This document shows, in pieces, positions 63,092 through 64,000 of a stretch of 64,000 bases of DNA. Numbering within the stretch: position 1 is the stretch's first letter; each line of letters begins with the position of its first letter. The position numbers and the translations under genes were made by a program. The notes under the pieces are model-generated. The model did not search any database and had not been told where the DNA came from. It was given only the letters and a program-made list of their open reading frames with translations. The stretch covers positions 868,001 through 932,000 of the forward strand of contig MU059829.1 in NCBI GenBank assembly GCA_013265495.1, in the 5' to 3' direction. Source of the stretch: Vicugna vicugna (lineage: Eukaryota).

Positions 63092-63110
63092 ACTCAGTAG
63101 GTGGCGCCCT
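63092..63110 (+). promoter_or_regulatory. Candidate CTCF site
   Basis: TCAGTAGGTGGCGCCC matches the CTCF core CCASYAGRKGGCRS at all but the first base. Confidence 0.5.
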
Positions 63111-63749
63111 CGCCCCTCCATCCACCCACGTCCCAGCCAGGAGCACCCCTTCTAGTTAATGCTCCATCTCTCATCCCTTGAAGTGTAAGTTTAGTGGGTC
63201 GAGTTTTCATTTGTTGCTTTCAGCTATGCACATCAATGCCCCACATGGACGGTACCACCAACTCTGAGAGTCTATGCAGGCAGGATCTTTGCATTTTTCC
63301 AGCTAGCTGACAGTCTGCCCTTGTGAGGCATGTACCTAAGGGTTTATTGGGATAAACTAGGTGTTAAGCGCAGAGCTTAACTCCTTCCCATAGAAGGAGT
63401 ACCATGAAGGTCCACTATCAATAGCAAGCGCCCTTATATTTGAAGTCAGCATTTATGAAATGTCTTATTCATGAAGCTCGTTCATGGGACAGAAGCACAC
63501 AATTCCTGCATGCCCGCATTGTATATATTGCACCAAAGGGCGATTTTATTATGGAGACCCATGAGTCAGGCTGCCATTGCTACTGTCATTAAGGAAAAAA
63601 AAAAGTCATTTCTGTATCTTTTCAGGGACAGTGAATTCGGAATGTGCCACCAGTTCCAAGGTGTCCCCAGTTCCCATGATCAGGCTAAATCCCATGGATC
63701 TAGAAAGGGCTTTTCACTTCTATGAGGCAAAAACTATACTTTTCTCAGA

Positions 63750-64000
63750 CAACAGAATGCTATTCAGCACTAAAAAGAAATAAGCTACCAAGCCATGAAA
63801 AGACACAGAAGAGCCTTAAATGCATACGACAAAGGGACGCCAATCTGAAAAGACTACATACTGTGTGATTCCGACTCTGACATCTGGAAAAGACAAAAAA
63901 GTAAAAAGATTCGTGGTTGCCAGTGGTTGGGGGATGGAGAGAGGGATGAGTAAGTGGAACACAGGATTTTTAGGGCCGTGAAACTCCTCTGCATGATGCC
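63750..64000 (+). mobile_element. L1MC-type 3' fragment, runs off the window end
   Basis: aagccatgaaaagacacag...gccaatctgaaaagactacatactgtgtgattcc...gtggttgccag, the same family as the fragment at 500-1432. Confidence 0.8.

Overview
Mammalian genomic DNA, not prokaryotic: no CRISPR, rRNA or tRNA found. It is most likely a camelid, based on a cetartiodactyl-type DEFB1, a camelid-like L1 3' end and no recognisable pig, ruminant or whale SINEs. The window appears to be the region syntenic with human 8p23.1. Three genes, all on the + strand, can be reconstructed exon by exon with intact frames. (1) Beta-defensin 1: 2 exons, 2079-12434, 69 aa. (2) A KRAB C2H2 zinc-finger gene of the ZNF705/ZNF596 clade: 5 coding exons, 28204-32827, about 433 aa, 8 fingers. 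(3) XKR5: 7 exons, 36369-57238, 686 aa, with one GC-AG intron. Between DEFB1 and the ZNF gene lie gene relics: a decayed beta-defensin exon 2 (about 18.1 kb), an intact orphan beta-defensin signal-peptide exon with a degenerate TATA box (20675) and a FAM90A-like zinc-knuckle exon (22837). The most interesting signals are three copies of a DUX-type motif core (AATCCAATC) in the putative ZNF promoter and first intron, an abrupt switch to GC/CpG-rich sequence in the middle of the ZNF finger exon, and the compact DEFB-FAM90A-ZNF705 arrangement next to XKR5. The rest is old L1, L2, MIR, MaLR/ERVL LTR and MER81 fragments, microsatellites and two N gaps. All family and repeat assignments come from pattern recall, not database searches, and repeat boundaries are approximate. 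No wholly new biological system can be demonstrated from sequence alone.
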